Made by a program: the position numbers and the translations under genes. The notes beneath the pieces are model-generated. The model had not been told where the DNA came from and did not search any database. It saw only the letters and a list, made by a program, of their open reading frames with translations. Source: Eledone cirrhosa (Eukaryota). From it: a stretch of 64,000 bases of DNA. Of this stretch, positions 13,869 through 27,874 are shown in pieces (the stretch's first letter is position 1; the number at the start of each line of letters is the position of its first letter). The stretch spans positions 326,368,001 to 326,432,000 of the forward strand of contig OZ024742.1 in NCBI GenBank assembly GCA_964016885.1. The letters are read 5' to 3'.

Positions 13869-14055
13869 TTAACCCTTTCGTCACCATATTTCAAATAAAA
13901 GACACTGCTTATGATATTCAAATAATTTTGAAACTAATCCAGAACGTTTTTAGGTAATTATAAACATTCTAATACAAACAGTTTTTTTTTGTTTTGTTTT
14001 TTTGTATCATCGAACAAAAGGTGGTTTCAGGCGATTTGGTATCAAATGGGTTTAA
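13869..14055. mobile_element. piggyBac-like MITE
   Basis: TTAA|CCCTTTCGTCACCATAT ... GATTTGGTATCAAATGGG|TTTAA; related copy at 58747-58960. Confidence 0.6.
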
Positions 14056-15924
14056 AATGTCGACACTGGCTGGAAAAGACGACTTGTTTTCATCTTTTGT
14101 CTATACGTCTCTCCTTGGAAATCCAAGGTTTGATCCCTGTATGTCTTCTCCAGCCCCACTGCTCTTCCGTAATAAGGATGTATCATAAGTGGCTCTGCTC
14201 TTCTACTAATCATGAGACTCGTAAAAGTGGTGGAAGCTGTCCAAGTAGTAAATAGTTTTAAGAGAGAAATATTACTTCAATTAAGAGTCCAATTAACTGT
14301 TTTGACATTACTCACAAAGACGAAAAAGAAATTCAATAGAAAAGTTTCTTTCATATAACACACTTCATTTAAGAAATAGAAATTTCTTGAAGCTAATTGA
14401 GAAGGAAAATACATGAGATTAATAATAACTATAGTAGCGTGATATATTTAAATGAACACCCTCGTCATTTATTTATATAACATTGCTATTCAGAAGCGTC
14501 TTGAGATTAATTCGGGGGCAGACAATGATTAACCTGAGACTATACTACATGAAATATATCTCAGCAGAAAACAAATTTTGTCGACGTTATCGATCCACAT
14601 AGCTAGTACAAAAGATTAAAGGTGAATTTGGTTGTGGTTGGGCTGAGGCCGTAATTTACTTTCAATTTCTGATCGAAACCATTTCCCATCCTTTATTTAT
14701 TTATGCGTCTGATATTGAAATATTTTTCATCGGTGAAGATCATTTCAACACGTACATACCAATAAGTTGAAACGAACATCTGTTGCGTTGTATAGTTTTT
14801 GTAGCACATAGTCAGGTCTCATCTCCATCCAACAAAGCAGGGAAAAGTCAGAAAATGGTGAGAAACCTCATCGTACTTTTAATTCCTGATAGGTCTAACT
14901 TTTCCTGTCATTAATATAATATTTTTGTTCGTGTGTTTGAAATGTCTTGTCGATTCCTCACTTTCTACCGTCTTCCGCAAAGTTAAATAGTTCGCCCTTT
15001 GTTTATTTTGAGTGGGTAGAAAAAATTATTTATTTTTCAATGTTAAGTACAAATTGAGAGTTTGGATCGAGTTAGACATTTTAGTGTTCTGCATTATATT
15101 TATGAGAAGGTCACGTTTTCATCTGTCATCATTATATTAGCCTTGAATTAAAAACATTGCTAAGAAGTTCCAAATCTAGATAAAGTTAAATATTCTGTAT
15201 TATTTCGCGTTTCGTTCCCATCATCATTAAAGTCAGATTTCGATATCTGTATAACTTATCGATACAGACATTATCAAAATAGAAAATCCCCTTTATAAAT
15301 ATAATCAGAAGACTAAAGTAGACTTCAACTGTCATGCTAAGAATTGCATGGAACAATGAATTATTACTTCTATTCACCACCCGTAACAAAGAAGTGAACT
15401 CTTTTAATTAGAAAGCAGTAGAAGGGGAATGTGACATCTGGACGATAAAAAATATTTTATCTCTTTTTATGTTTCGGGAAAAAATAAGTATAACGCTTTT
15501 AATACTGAAACATAATAAATAAGCTATATTTTGATAGTAAATTATAAATGAACAAATCCAATGTGGATTTGCTGAGTTTTGTATTAATTTTCTTTCTTTG
15601 TCGTGTTATTCCTATGTCCATCGGTTTGTCTTTTATATCATGGATGTGAAATTAACACAATTAGTTATTTAAACACATCTCATCAATATTAATAGCATGT
15701 TATTTTTTTAAGCCAAGAGGGATTTCTATCAATTAGACCATAGGAAAGGATTACCATACTGTTTTTATGTTTTTCATAATAACATTCTCAACATAGAGTC
15801 AGTGACAACTGAATCATTGAAAGTCTCAAGTTTACTAGGCAACACTAACGTGAAGATTATTTATTCCATGTTCCAGTTTCAATTCAATGTAGTTACCCTC
15901 AAAAGGAATATTATAGGATATTAT

Positions 15925-16228
15925 GATTACTAATTTAGACACACCACCAGCAATTTTTGGAGAGTGAAAAATCGATTAATTGAATACTAGTATTTTAATC
16001 TTTGACCCCGGAAGGATGAAAGGCAACGTTAGAATCCACGATGATTGAAAAGGAATAGAACAAATATCACAAAGCATTTAGTCCAGTGCGTTACTGGTAC
16101 ATTATATTTTCGGACCGTAAGGAGGAAGGCAAAGCTAACTTCGATAGGATTTGAACTCAGAAAGTAAAGGCCCTAACTATATGCCACAAAGCATATTGTC
16201 CGACGTTTTATTGATACTGCCAATCTAC
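15925..16228 (-). mobile_element. Two decayed family A SINEs in tandem
   Basis: GACCCCGGAAGGATGAAAGGC and GTTACTGGTAC..GGATTTGAACTCAG blocks. Confidence 0.75.
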
Positions 16229-16357
16229 TAGTGATATGGTAAAGTATTTAAAGAAAACATTGGTCGTGCAACAAGTGGATACATTTAAATTGTGAAATAC
16301 ATAACATTTTTTTCTTTTCAACTATATTTATTATAATGTAATAATCTTTTTCTTTAA

Positions 16358-16380
16358 CTCTCTCTCTCTCTCTCTCTCTA

Positions 16381-16422
<42 letters not shown>

Positions 16423-16424
16423 CC

Positions 16425-16504
<80 letters not shown>

Positions 16505-16532
16505 CTATATCTCTATATCTATCTATCTATCT
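16358..16532. repeat. (CT)n microsatellite followed by (CTAT)n
   Basis: Visible. Confidence 0.97.
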
Positions 16533-16787
16533 ATTCTTCTATGCCCGTATCTCTCGCTCTTTCCCTTTCTCTCTAACTTTCCATTTTTCAATCTGACTTT
16601 CTCTTCCATTCATTTTGTATTTTACTTAGGCTGATCTAATTATTTTCCCATACACTTATTTTATTAATTGCTTTAATAAAAAATATAATCCTTGTTCATC
16701 CTTTTTTCCATTTGATTCCTTTATTAAAACATGGTATTCTTTAATAATCATTATTAATCCTTTTTTTATTTTTGTTTTCTTCTACAG

Positions 16788-17319
16788 ATTTGGTATATAT
16801 ACCTGGAATCTGTGTGCCCGGACTAAATAATTTCTGAACTCTAGCGAAAACCAGTTGTGGATAATTCTACCTCAGTACGCATTCTGGTGGTCAGCTACCG
16901 TACATAACACTTTCGACGTTGCTGCTCTTGCTTTTACTGTTGTTGTTGCTGTTGCTGCTGTTGCTGCTGTCGTTGCCTCCGCTGCTCTTGCTGAAGTTAA
17001 ACGCCGCTGCAACCACCAGCACCAGCACACTCAACATCGATATTTCATCTCAATATTTTAAAACCTCCATTCTTTCACGATATCTCTGCCCGCTATTCCT
17101 ACTATAGCAGGGATTGTGCTAAAATCCTATGAATTAGTGTCATAGGTTTGAATCTTCATACAATCTCAAATATAATTAACTCTCTACTATATCATTAAGC
17201 CATTCTCGTAAGCCATTACGTCAAGTCTCCTGAAGACTTGTTATCATAATCAAGGATTTTTTACCGGGGATTAGCCGTTAACGTTGTCGAGGAATCTTTG
17301 AACACGTGACAGAATTTAG
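16788..17319 (+). other. Candidate non-coding (5'UTR-like) exon of a plus-strand host gene
   Basis: Strong acceptor TTTTTTTATTTTTGTTTTCTTCTACAG| and donor AG|GTAAGC bracket 532 nt of largely unique sequence with GCT/GTT repeats; no frame is open throughout. Confidence 0.45.
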
Positions 17320-18217
17320 GTAAGCTAATCTCATTCATTTCACAACCAAACAACTTCACATATATATTTGTGGTTTATTTTTCCTTTTTGTATTATGTGT
17401 TTGCCGTCGCGGTTAATGCCATATTTTACCTTTGCTTGTAGAGCTAAATTTCTATTACTTATTTATAAGTCAAAGTGGCAATATTTTTAACGTTGGTTTC
17501 TTTGTATATAAAATATCAAATTGTTGTATCAACGAAGTGTTGGAAACTATTTTGTTTTAGTTGTTTAGTAAGACATATGCAAGGAGTCCCACACTGTGAT
17601 CTGTAATCCAATCTATTCAGAATGAAAGGAGTTTCCAGAGGGTAAACATCACTCTGTGATCTCTCACCGACCGTATATGGTCTCAATATACAGCAACTGA
17701 AGTCGTTGCTAATATTTGGCTGGGTTTCGTAAAATTCACATGTGCTCTAATCAAAGATTTATTCATTTTAAAGTGGTTCATTCTTTGTATCAAGAGAGGA
17801 TATTTCAATGAGAATTTTCTATTAGAAATGGAGAGCCAGCTCATTTGATTTGATTATCCTTATTCTATATCACATGTAAGATAGAGCGCACAGATTACTA
17901 TGTTCCTCGTAATTCTCAGCATTACTTAGGTAGAGTATGTAAAATTGCTGACGGTAGCCGATAACATATACATAGCTCAAAATATAGACACACATACACT
18001 CACGTGGATACAAGGATACACACATATGCACACACACACATGCGCACACAGATATATATGTACATATGTGTGTGTGTGTATACATGTACACATACTCAGT
18101 CACACACTCACACGCAACACAAACACATACACACAACATATATATATATTTATATATATATATATGCATAAATGTTTGTATAAATATATATATTAATAGA
18201 TATATATATGGATAAAG

Positions 18218-18252
<35 letters not shown>

Positions 18253-18297
18253 ATGTATATATATTATAAAACAGAATCTGTGTATGCAGGCATTCGT

Positions 18298-18497
18298 NNN
18301 NNNNNNNNNNNNNNNNNNNNNNNNNNNNNNNNNNNNNNNNNNNNNNNNNNNNNNNNNNNNNNNNNNNNNNNNNNNNNNNNNNNNNNNNNNNNNNNNNNNN
18401 NNNNNNNNNNNNNNNNNNNNNNNNNNNNNNNNNNNNNNNNNNNNNNNNNNNNNNNNNNNNNNNNNNNNNNNNNNNNNNNNNNNNNNNNNNNNNNNNN
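18298..18497. other. Assembly gap (200 N)
   Basis: Run of N. Confidence 1.
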
Positions 18498-19209
18498 CGT
18501 AGGTGGATTTTTGTTAAACAAGTGTTTTGCGACTACTACCTATCATACTGAATACTTGCATTTACTGTTTATACACCAACCTTATACTAGTTTTACAAGC
18601 TTTGGGTTAAATATTCTATTCCTTTTCAAATCTACTTTAATTGAAATGCCTAATAATTTTCTAAGAATTAATATGTTCCGTATTCTGATTTTCTTTTACA
18701 CTTCAGTGATCAGTTTGTGTTTCTATGCCATAAATGTAAACGAAAATTTAAGAAACTGTAAAGTATGTTGTAACATTCTGATCATAATATCATAGTCTGC
18801 CAGCAAAGCCAAGGTGAAATAAAGAAAAAACTCTCGATATGTATTCTAGCAATTTTTATGTGGTATCGCATACGTAATGCAGGACAGAATAAAATATATT
18901 AACTATACAATAGGAAGACTAGATTTCATAATTTCTTTTGTTAGGTATTTAGTAATAATTCGTATTCCTGTGGTGAAATGCTTATGTCATGATACTATGA
19001 CGCAAACCATTACACGGCGTCTTCAGATGGCCTATGAGGTAATCCATTTGCATAGTAATGTAATGTATTGGTATGTAGACATACGCAGGTCTGACACCAT
19101 ATCAACAATACATTACAGTGCCTTACAAATGATAGACCAGCTGAATATATCGGGGATTGCGTTATGAAACCTAGTCTGCGTATCGTATATATATATATGT
19201 GTGTGTGTC

Positions 19210-19371
19210 TATCCCGGGTTCAATCGCGTATCACCACAGTAAGGTACTCAATACATAGCAGAGTATAATTTTTAAATATAGAAATGGCTTCTACAGGACT
19301 AGAACTGTTTCATCAGGCTTTCCTGATGATTTCCTTCGAATGAAGCAGTTATAGTCCTGTAGAAGTCATTT
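19210..19371. mobile_element. HH1-family fold-back element
   Basis: Arms AAATGGCTTCTACAGGACTAGAACTGTTTCAT / ATGAAGCAGTTATAGTCCTGTAGAAGTCATTT (3 mismatches); tail GTATTGAGTACC on minus. Confidence 0.8.
19316..19367 (+). ncRNA. Type I hammerhead ribozyme (HH1), one core substitution in this copy
   Basis: TTTC-CTGATGA-T-TTC(CTTC)GAA-T-GAAG-CAG(TTATAGTC)CTG-TA^GAAG; the mirror arm on minus retains GAAACAG..CTGTA. Confidence 0.7.
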
Positions 19372-19389
19372 ATATATATATATATCATA

Positions 19390-19580
19390 AGAAAGAGTGG
19401 AGACACCGGCGGCTGAACTCTTGCCATTTCAACAGCTACTTCCAGACTCAGTTGGTATGTAGTGGTGACATTGCTGTTAAAACTATAACTTTCTTATAAC
19501 CATACTCTACAACCCCATGTATCGAGTACTCTGGTGAGTAATGGTCTAAACAGGTTTTTACTGTATCAATATTGATATTT
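19390..19580 (+). mobile_element. HH3-family element with inverted 5' segment and GTATCGAGTACTCTGGTGAGTAATGGTC tail
   Basis: Homology to 31743-31925. Confidence 0.75.
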
Positions 19581-19764
19581 ATATACGCCATCACCATTCA
19601 AGAGGATAAGCGATTCAAAGCGATGACAGAATAATGAGCGGCGATGTGATAGGGAAGCTAACCGAATGAAATTTGTCATCACTGCAGCATTTCATCGAAT
19701 ATGAATGCATTGCGAGTGGAAGTCTTACAACCTCCTCAAGCAGAGCGATCAATAACAAGATGGG

Positions 19765-19781
19765 AGAAAGAGAGAGAGAGA

Positions 19782-19865
<84 letters not shown>
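19765..19865. repeat. (GA)n microsatellite
   Basis: Visible. Confidence 0.97.
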
Positions 19866-19870
<5 letters not shown>

Positions 19871-20611
19871 CAGAGAATGTACAGAGATCACAGTAAAGTG
19901 AAATCTTCAAATAGGAATCGAATTTTATGAGACTAATGTTTCTCAGCCTAGTTATTTATAAAAGTACTTTTCAATTTTTATTATTGACGAGCGTCAAAGA
20001 CGAAGGATAAACAGAATCGTTAGAGTGTCGTACAAAATGACTTTATGTGTTTAGTCATCGCTCCCTACATTCTGTTCTTAAATCCTTTTAATTTCAACTT
20101 CGCCTTTAATACTTCCAAAATCAACGAAATAAATCTCCATTCGAGTACAGGGGTAGATTTAATCAACTAGCACCTCTGCATTTCTATTATTAGAGAGCGT
20201 CATTTTCTCTTATAAATCCAGACAAGTTATATTTAATGGAAGACCTTCTAGAAAGAGATCCAGTTGATTTATTTTCCTACCAAAATATATATCCATAACA
20301 TAAAAAATATATATCGAAACGTACATTTCATTTCATTAATTAGTTTCCAAGGAATCCAATGAATTATGAGCGCATGCGCTTTCACGAAATTCAAAGAAAC
20401 AGGAAACAAAGTGACGTCAAATGTGAGAAATTGAATAAATATATACATAGTACAGCTGCCATATTTACTTCACGTAGTTCAGTCGACTGCAAACTACAAC
20501 AGGTTTGTTAGTGAATACAGATGTTGGGTGCGTACATATAGGAAAATAATGTTACAGAAAAAAGGATATTGATAAACAAATCAGAACAAATATTGATAAA
20601 TGTTCTCATGT

Positions 20612-21055
<444 letters not shown>

Positions 21056-21749
21056 TTGTGTGTTGCATCTTTTTTTCTATTTTAATAACTGCCTTCACTG
21101 TTAAAGAACCGCAATATTTCAAATGCATCGCTTCTCATGTCACTACAGGAAAAGAAAAGAAAAGAAACCAATGTCTCAAGGTGCAGCCACATCGTCTGCA
21201 TTTTCATTTTCTAGTTTATTGACCCAACAGTATTTCTCAATCTTGACGTAAAATGAGTCTAAAAAGAAAGTATGCAAATGGAAAATGGGTATTGTATGAA
21301 GATGATTTTGCAACAGACGCTTCTTCATTTCTAGGTGGGAGTCTAGTCTGATGTATGTTTATGCACTAAGCCTGTGCCTTACGTGGCTTATTGGCAAATT
21401 CGTTTGAAAGGTTATTAGAATATTTTAATTTATATGTTCGGGCTTTCTACGTTTTAATTTCAAATCCCGTCGTGGTTTAATTTTTCCTTTCATCATTACG
21501 ATTTTCATATATATATAGTACCACCCAAATACTGGAGTGGATTCTTCCTCTATATCTCTTTTTTACTTCCTCTCAATAATTTTTCTCCCTCTCCTTCTCT
21601 GGAGTAAATCGACTGTGTTTAGAAATGGAGAGGGGATATACTCCGCTAGATTTAAAATACTCAAGGCACGTTGTATGGCATGACTGCGACCCTACGTCCC
21701 TATCAGGAGTTACGTGTACATACATACATGAATACATGCATACATGCAT

Positions 21750-22098
21750 ACACGATGGCTGCTCCCTCGTTATCGAGTATGGCCATTGTACGATATACCA
21801 TTATTAATAATTATTAATTAATTATATCGTGCAATATATGTGCGTGAAGATCTTTTTTAAAGTGAGGAAAGACTTTGCACTGAGCCAATCCCACTCTCTG
21901 AGCGACAGTAGCTATAACCCGAAAAGAGAAAAGATCAATATCATCGGTAACTACTGAGCCGCAGGTTTTATATCAGTTATCCCAGTTTCCAGGGTCGCCT
22001 TCTCCTAGAAGAATACCCTGACAAATGATAGGGGCCCTTCACTCCCAGTGGTTTAACCGTACGATCGGGTATCCAGCCCGACTATTTCTATGTTCCCA
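21750..22098. mobile_element. Retroelement UTR-like dispersed repeat between (CATA)n tracts
   Basis: Shares about 85 bp with 5885-5970; remainder is GC-richer than the flanks; class not resolved. Confidence 0.4.
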
Positions 22099-24064
22099 CG
22101 CATACATACATACACACATACATTCATACATACATTCATACATACATACATTCATTCATACATACGGTATTAATTGAGGTGATTAATATCCAGAGTCGTT
22201 ATAACGGCGGATAGAATAATTTTTCACATTTGTTCCGGCCTTCTGCTCTCTAGTTTCAAATCCTGCTTAGGCCAACTTCACCTTTCACTATTTTGTGGTC
22301 GATAAATATAGTCCAAGTCAAGTTTTATAGTCGATTCTTCCTTTATATCGCTTTCTCACTTTCCTTTCGTTGCTCTCTCTCTCTCCTCCCCAAAATTTAT
22401 CTCGCTCTCTATATATCTATCTCTCTCTCATACTGTCTCTCATACTCTTTCAAAAATCAGGTTTGTTCAAACCTGAAAAGAAAGGGCTAAATGCCCTTTA
22501 GAATCTATCTCGAAGCAAGGCCCCATGGTATGGACAAAAGTGGATTGGACCAGGTTTATAGTAAATAAATAGACTTTTGTCTGTTTAGACGATAATTGGA
22601 GTGTGATACATTTAGCTCCAAAGATATATTATACAGATGGAATTTAATCTAAATATGTGGCATATATACATTTGAATGAGAAAGAATATATAGAATTTTT
22701 ACAACCAAAACATGATATTCATACATAAAAATGTTCTTCGCTTTGTTGAACTTTTAAATTGTATTGCAAGAACAAATGCTGTGTCTGAATGAATGCAGTA
22801 TCTGATCGAATGTAATTATTTGATTTTCCTAAGATTTTATATTTAGACAAAAAAGCATTTTTCTTTTCTCTGTTTGAGACAAGATATCTTAACCTATTAC
22901 ATTTATAGGTCCCGTTATGTACTTTGCCGATCAATGGAGCAAAGGCTATAAAAACTGAAGTTGAGAATAAACTCTTACATACACTATCTACCTTTAATAT
23001 TTGACAGAGACAGTGCTGATTTCTATACCGAGATTTTATATTTTAAAATTGTTACTCAAAATATTTTTTCTTTCCATAAGTCTCCCACGAGAGGGCGGGG
23101 GGGGGGGGGGGAGAAAGCAAATTCTAATTTAATCTTATCTGACTATTTGGTCACATCCATGCATTGATAACAGCATTACATGATTAAATTCCCCCTTTTC
23201 AAAGGAGCAGAATTAATCAGAAATATGCTTACAAATGATTCTATATGCCCTGTCGCCGCAGTGTATAGTTGTACTATTAGTAAAAGTCATAAATAACCAT
23301 ATACATGATCCCAGGCAATTTAATCATCGATGAATGTAAATACTTCTCGCCATAGACAAAGTACGAAGGAAGTTTCTACTTTGGTTTTGACATCGTTAAA
23401 ATATTTTCGTTTACTCATTTCGAGCCATAAGGATACGGATGTACTCCTTTTATATAACGAGCAAGTCTTGTTTATATACCCCTTTTATATAACAAGCATT
23501 TCGTTTAGCAGTGAGGTTATATAGTTAAGTTGTTTGACCCGTCATGTCAAGGGGAAAATCTCCTTTAAGTATATTATAAAATCGAAGAGTTGCTTCTTAT
23601 TGTCAATTCTCTAGCTATATATCTTCAAGTTATTGTTACAAACTCACGAATAATCTGTATATTATACAGTACTAGTACATAGCACCTTGTATTGGGGATG
23701 GAATAGATAATATTAGGTATCTTTTCCGAACTTTTTATAGTTTCCTAGAAAAAATGAACATTTATCAATAATAGTTTCATGGCACAAGGGCAAAATGACT
23801 TCCATTATTTGTAAGTGGTGGTGTTGTTATCTATGGCACTCTTTGGCCGCTAACCTGATTTTTTCTCATGCTCGCACACTGTTTCGTAGATATTTTCGAA
23901 ACGTTTGCTCACAGAGCCTTCAGTGATTGGTTGCTTGTCAGGATGTGAGTAGTGGAACTAGTCAGCCAGTTATTGCTGACTTTGGTAGCAAATCAGCCGA
24001 ATGACCTCTATACATCCCTTTGTAGTGACACATTTCATCACCCTGATAGACAAAACTATGATCC

Positions 24065-24086
24065 TAAACTTTTGGAACACCCTGTA
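24065..24086 (-). mobile_element. Single Tc1/mariner-type terminal inverted repeat
   Basis: Reverse complement TA|CAGGGTGTTCCAAAAGTTTA; partner end not found. Confidence 0.45.
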
Positions 24087-24414
24087 TGTATATATAAATG
24101 AGAGAGAGACTTAAACAGGTAAATAGGAAGACGAGTCACAGGCAGACTGACAGCTCGACAAACAGACAGACAGAGAAACAGACAGACAGACAGATTTCTG
24201 TTTATTTGCCACTAGGGCACAAAAGAAAGGGACATGTACATGGGTGGGGGAGTTTACATGAAAATCGAGTAAGAAAAATATAACAAACAAAATAATAACA
24301 AGAAGGTCCTCAATAGGGAGGGATCGTTTTGGGGTCACACACACCCCCGAAAAAAGTGTGCGACCCTTCTCCACGGGAGCACAAAGAGAGGGTGCTCCCT
24401 TCTTTCTGTTCCAC

Positions 24415-27400
24415 CTACAGGCTGAGGTAGAGAGAAGGCCCATTCACACGGGCCATTCTCGCAACTTTCACCCACCTTTCATAAAACTTGCTGGAGTGGA
24501 GCACCTCTCTCTCCATCCTGATCCTTCTTCCGAAATGGTATCGGAAGAAAAGGACCAGTTGTTGGCCGAAGAGAAAGGTGTCCGACCTCAGCCCTTTCAG
24601 ACGCGTCCACCATATAGCCTCTTTTACCATGGCTATTACACAGAGGAAGACCGCCTCTCCTTCATTTTTGAAGGGGGGAGGCGGCTTGATCGTTACAATG
24701 GACTCGGTGGTCAACCTAATTGGTCCCACCCGTGACAGCAGTTGTTCGACATAGCCCCACAGATCGGCAACGCCCGGGCAGTGCACCAATGCGTGCGCGA
24801 TGGTTTCCTCGTCGCGCACGCATCTGGGACAGATCTTTTTCGAGGGCTCCCTGCCCGGGCGCCCGTGTCTGTAGAGCTTATCCCGAACGGGCAGAGCCCC
24901 TCGGTAGCACTGCCAGGCCAAGGACTTCTGGAAGTTGTCCATAGGTCCCGGGCCGAAAGTCCTACCGAATAGACTGGCCAGTTCGTCCTCCTCCATGCCT
25001 AGGGCTTCTCCGAGGGCGTCGTCGCACCCGCTAACCACCAGCCCTCTATAGAATGACGAGGTGGAGTCTCCGTCGATAGCCGGGTCCGCCTGCCAGAGAG
25101 CCGTGAGCGCCTGGGCACACTCGGTGTGCCAGTCGCCCAGTTTTCTCGGTCTTTGCTTCACCCAGGACTGCAGCTCGGTGAGCGAGACGAGCCTCGGGAA
25201 GGCTCGCCTCACAAACGGGGCCCACACCAGTTGACCGGTGAGGAATACGTGGAGGTGCCTTAGCCTCAATGCGTGTTTACACATTTTTAGCCACGGCATC
25301 CCCAGCCCTCCTTTCAGAGGGTGTTGACACCAGATGGATCTCCTCACCAGAGGAGACCTCTTCTTCCAAAGGAAATAAAAGAGGGCGCGCTCCAATTTGG
25401 CAAGGATCTCACCCGGGCAAGGCACGACAGTCAAGCGGTAATAGATGACGGACGCTATGTAAGCGTTCGCCACCTCCGCCCGACCTTTTAGGGATAGTTT
25501 GCACTCGGCCCATTTCTGGGTCAGTGCAAACACCCTCTTCGTCACCTCACCCCAGTTTTTCTCCACCTGGAGGTCCGGTCCGAACCAGACCCCAAGCAAC
25601 TTCACCGGGCCCTCCGTCCACCGTCCGACGATACCGTCGCACGACATCGATTTGCCCCTCCACTCGCCGAGTTGCAAAGCGACTGACTTGTCCCGGTTCA
25701 GCTTAGCCCCTGTTAACCTTTCGTACTCCTCTAGTAAGGTGCCGATCGCCTCGATTTCCGAGGCGGTCGACACCATTACTGTTACGTCATCGGCGTAGGC
25801 CGACACCGCTTTGCGCAATCCCGGTTCCAAAGGGATGCCCTGCAACAACTCCAACTTCCGCAGTAATGGCTCGAGAGCCAACACATACAGAAGGAAGGAG
25901 AGAGGGCACCCCTGTCGGATGGAGCGGGTGATTTCGAACGGCTCCGAAAGGTAGCCGTTCACCTTGACTCTAGAGCAGATGCGGCTGCTGTGCATGGCAG
26001 TGATCCAGCCCCTGAAAACGGGTCCGAACCCAGCCGCCGCTAGCACCGCATCCAGGTAATCATGGTACACCCTATCGAACGCTTTAGACTGATCTAAATT
26101 TATCAGGGCCCCACCAAAGCCGGGTTCGTTCCCAACCCTCTCTATGATGTATCGCATGAGGTGGAGGTTGTCGTGGATGGACCTGGACGGGATAGCGCAT
26201 GTCTGCGCATCTCCCACCAGGTTGCCCACGACAAGCGCCAACCTCTTCGCTAACACCTTCGCCAAAATCTTTAACTCTGCATTTAGCAGAGTTATGGGCC
26301 TAAAATTACTAATGTCATCCCCCTTGTTCTCGTCCTTCCTCACTAGCGAGACTACGCCCTTGGTCACAGAACAGGGAATTCTCCCGTTCTGTTGCCAGTT
26401 GCAGTAGACCGCCTCGAGGAGATCGGGGAACAAGTCCGGCATATTAATATATAGTTCGTAGGGCAGACCATCGAGTCCTGGAGATTTGCGTTTGCCGCAT
26501 AGGCTCAGCACGTCCCCTATTTCAGCTGCCGAGATCGGCCCGTCGCAGGACCTCGCCTCCCTGTCCGAAAGACGCGGCAGGCCGTCGAGGTATGGACCGA
26601 AATCCACATCTCCAACCGGCCCCCCGCCCCTCCCGAACAATTGGGTAAAGTGCCTTTGAAAGGCCTCGCACATTTGCTTAGGTTCAAGGATCACCCGTCC
26701 CTCCTGGTCTCGCAAAGACCGGATAGTGGATTTAATCCCACTTTTCGCTTCTGTCACGCGGGCCCAGCTAACAGCTTTGGTCCCCTCGTTTTCCAGAGCA
26801 CGTATTTTGCTTCGGACAACGCAGCCTTCGTGTTTCGCGTCGAAGAACTGGTTCAAGACCGTTCTCGACGCTTGCACTCTGGCCACGTTGCCGCTTCTCA
26901 TTGCCTCTTCAACATTAACTACCAACTCCCTTGCCTTCCTATTTCTATCTGAGGCTAACTCCTTACTAACTCCTATTGAAACTACTCTAATCTCTCTTTT
27001 TAGAGAGCCCCACCACCTGTTGTTGACGATGGCGCCCGTCAACCGCTCCTTAACTAAGGTTCTAATCCGGTCCCTGTAAGCTCTACTTGCCGGTAAGGAC
27101 AAGTTGAGCTTCCAGTAACCGGGCCCCTGCCTATGCGTTCTATCAAGGTGGACTACGCAGGTCACTAACTTGTGGTCTGAATAGCCCACCATGAGCATTT
27201 CTGGACAACTTAAAAAGTCCCTATCCTTAATTCTAACTAAGAACCTATCTAGGTACGATCTAGATTGACCACTGTTATTTGACCAGGTCCAGGTTGGTAC
27301 AGTTGGAAAATCTAGTCGGTATCTATCGGCCAGGTCAAATCGGCCGATTAACCCCTTAAGGCTGTTGCACCCCCCTCTATCGGGACATGCCCCTACATAG

Positions 27401-27851
27401 TCCCAACGTGCATCTAGGATACCATTCCAGTCCCCCACTAAAAGCAAGGAGCGGGACGTCCCTAGAAAATTCTCCAGACGATGGAAGAAGTCCGACCGCA
27501 TTGCCCCAAAAGGGGCGTATACGGCGACTAGCCTAAAAGCTTCGCCTTCACCATTGCCAAGGTCCAGAACCACGAGTCGACCCTCCGGGTCCAAGTGTAC
27601 CGTCTGTGTAGCGAGACCCAGATGTTTTTGCAGCAGAACGACAACCCCACCCCACCTCCGGGCTGACAGAGAGATGCGTGCATCTCAAGGTCATCAAAGG
27701 TGGGGGCTAGCTGTCGCATGCTGCTGATCCGGGCCTCGCAAATAACATTCACATTTATACATTGTGACCTGAGGTCACTTAGAAGTTTAGCTTGCTTCCA
27801 CGGTGAGCCCAGGCCACGCGCATTTAGACAACCTACTCTTAAGACAGCTAT
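24415..27851 (-). pseudogene. LINE ORF2 (APE endonuclease + reverse transcriptase + CCHC zinc finger), about 1145 aa reconstructed; 24415-27594 is open (1059 aa)
   Basis: Motifs LNARGL, GGVVVLL, VYAP, GDWN, YLDRF, YSDH, KSPGLDG, FRPITLLN, LDQSKAFDRV, RQGCPLS, YADD, CPRC..ETIAHALVHC; ATA at the expected start (27851) and one frameshift in the G-run at about 27645-27656. Confidence 0.93.
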
Positions 27852-27874
27852 GTTGGTGGCAAAGAAAGAGGCAC

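Noticed and set aside
18208-18795. ORFs spanning the N run
   Set aside because: Artefacts of the assembly gap
24358-27079. Plus-strand ORFs overlapping the LINE
   Set aside because: Antisense shadows of a GC-rich ORF2
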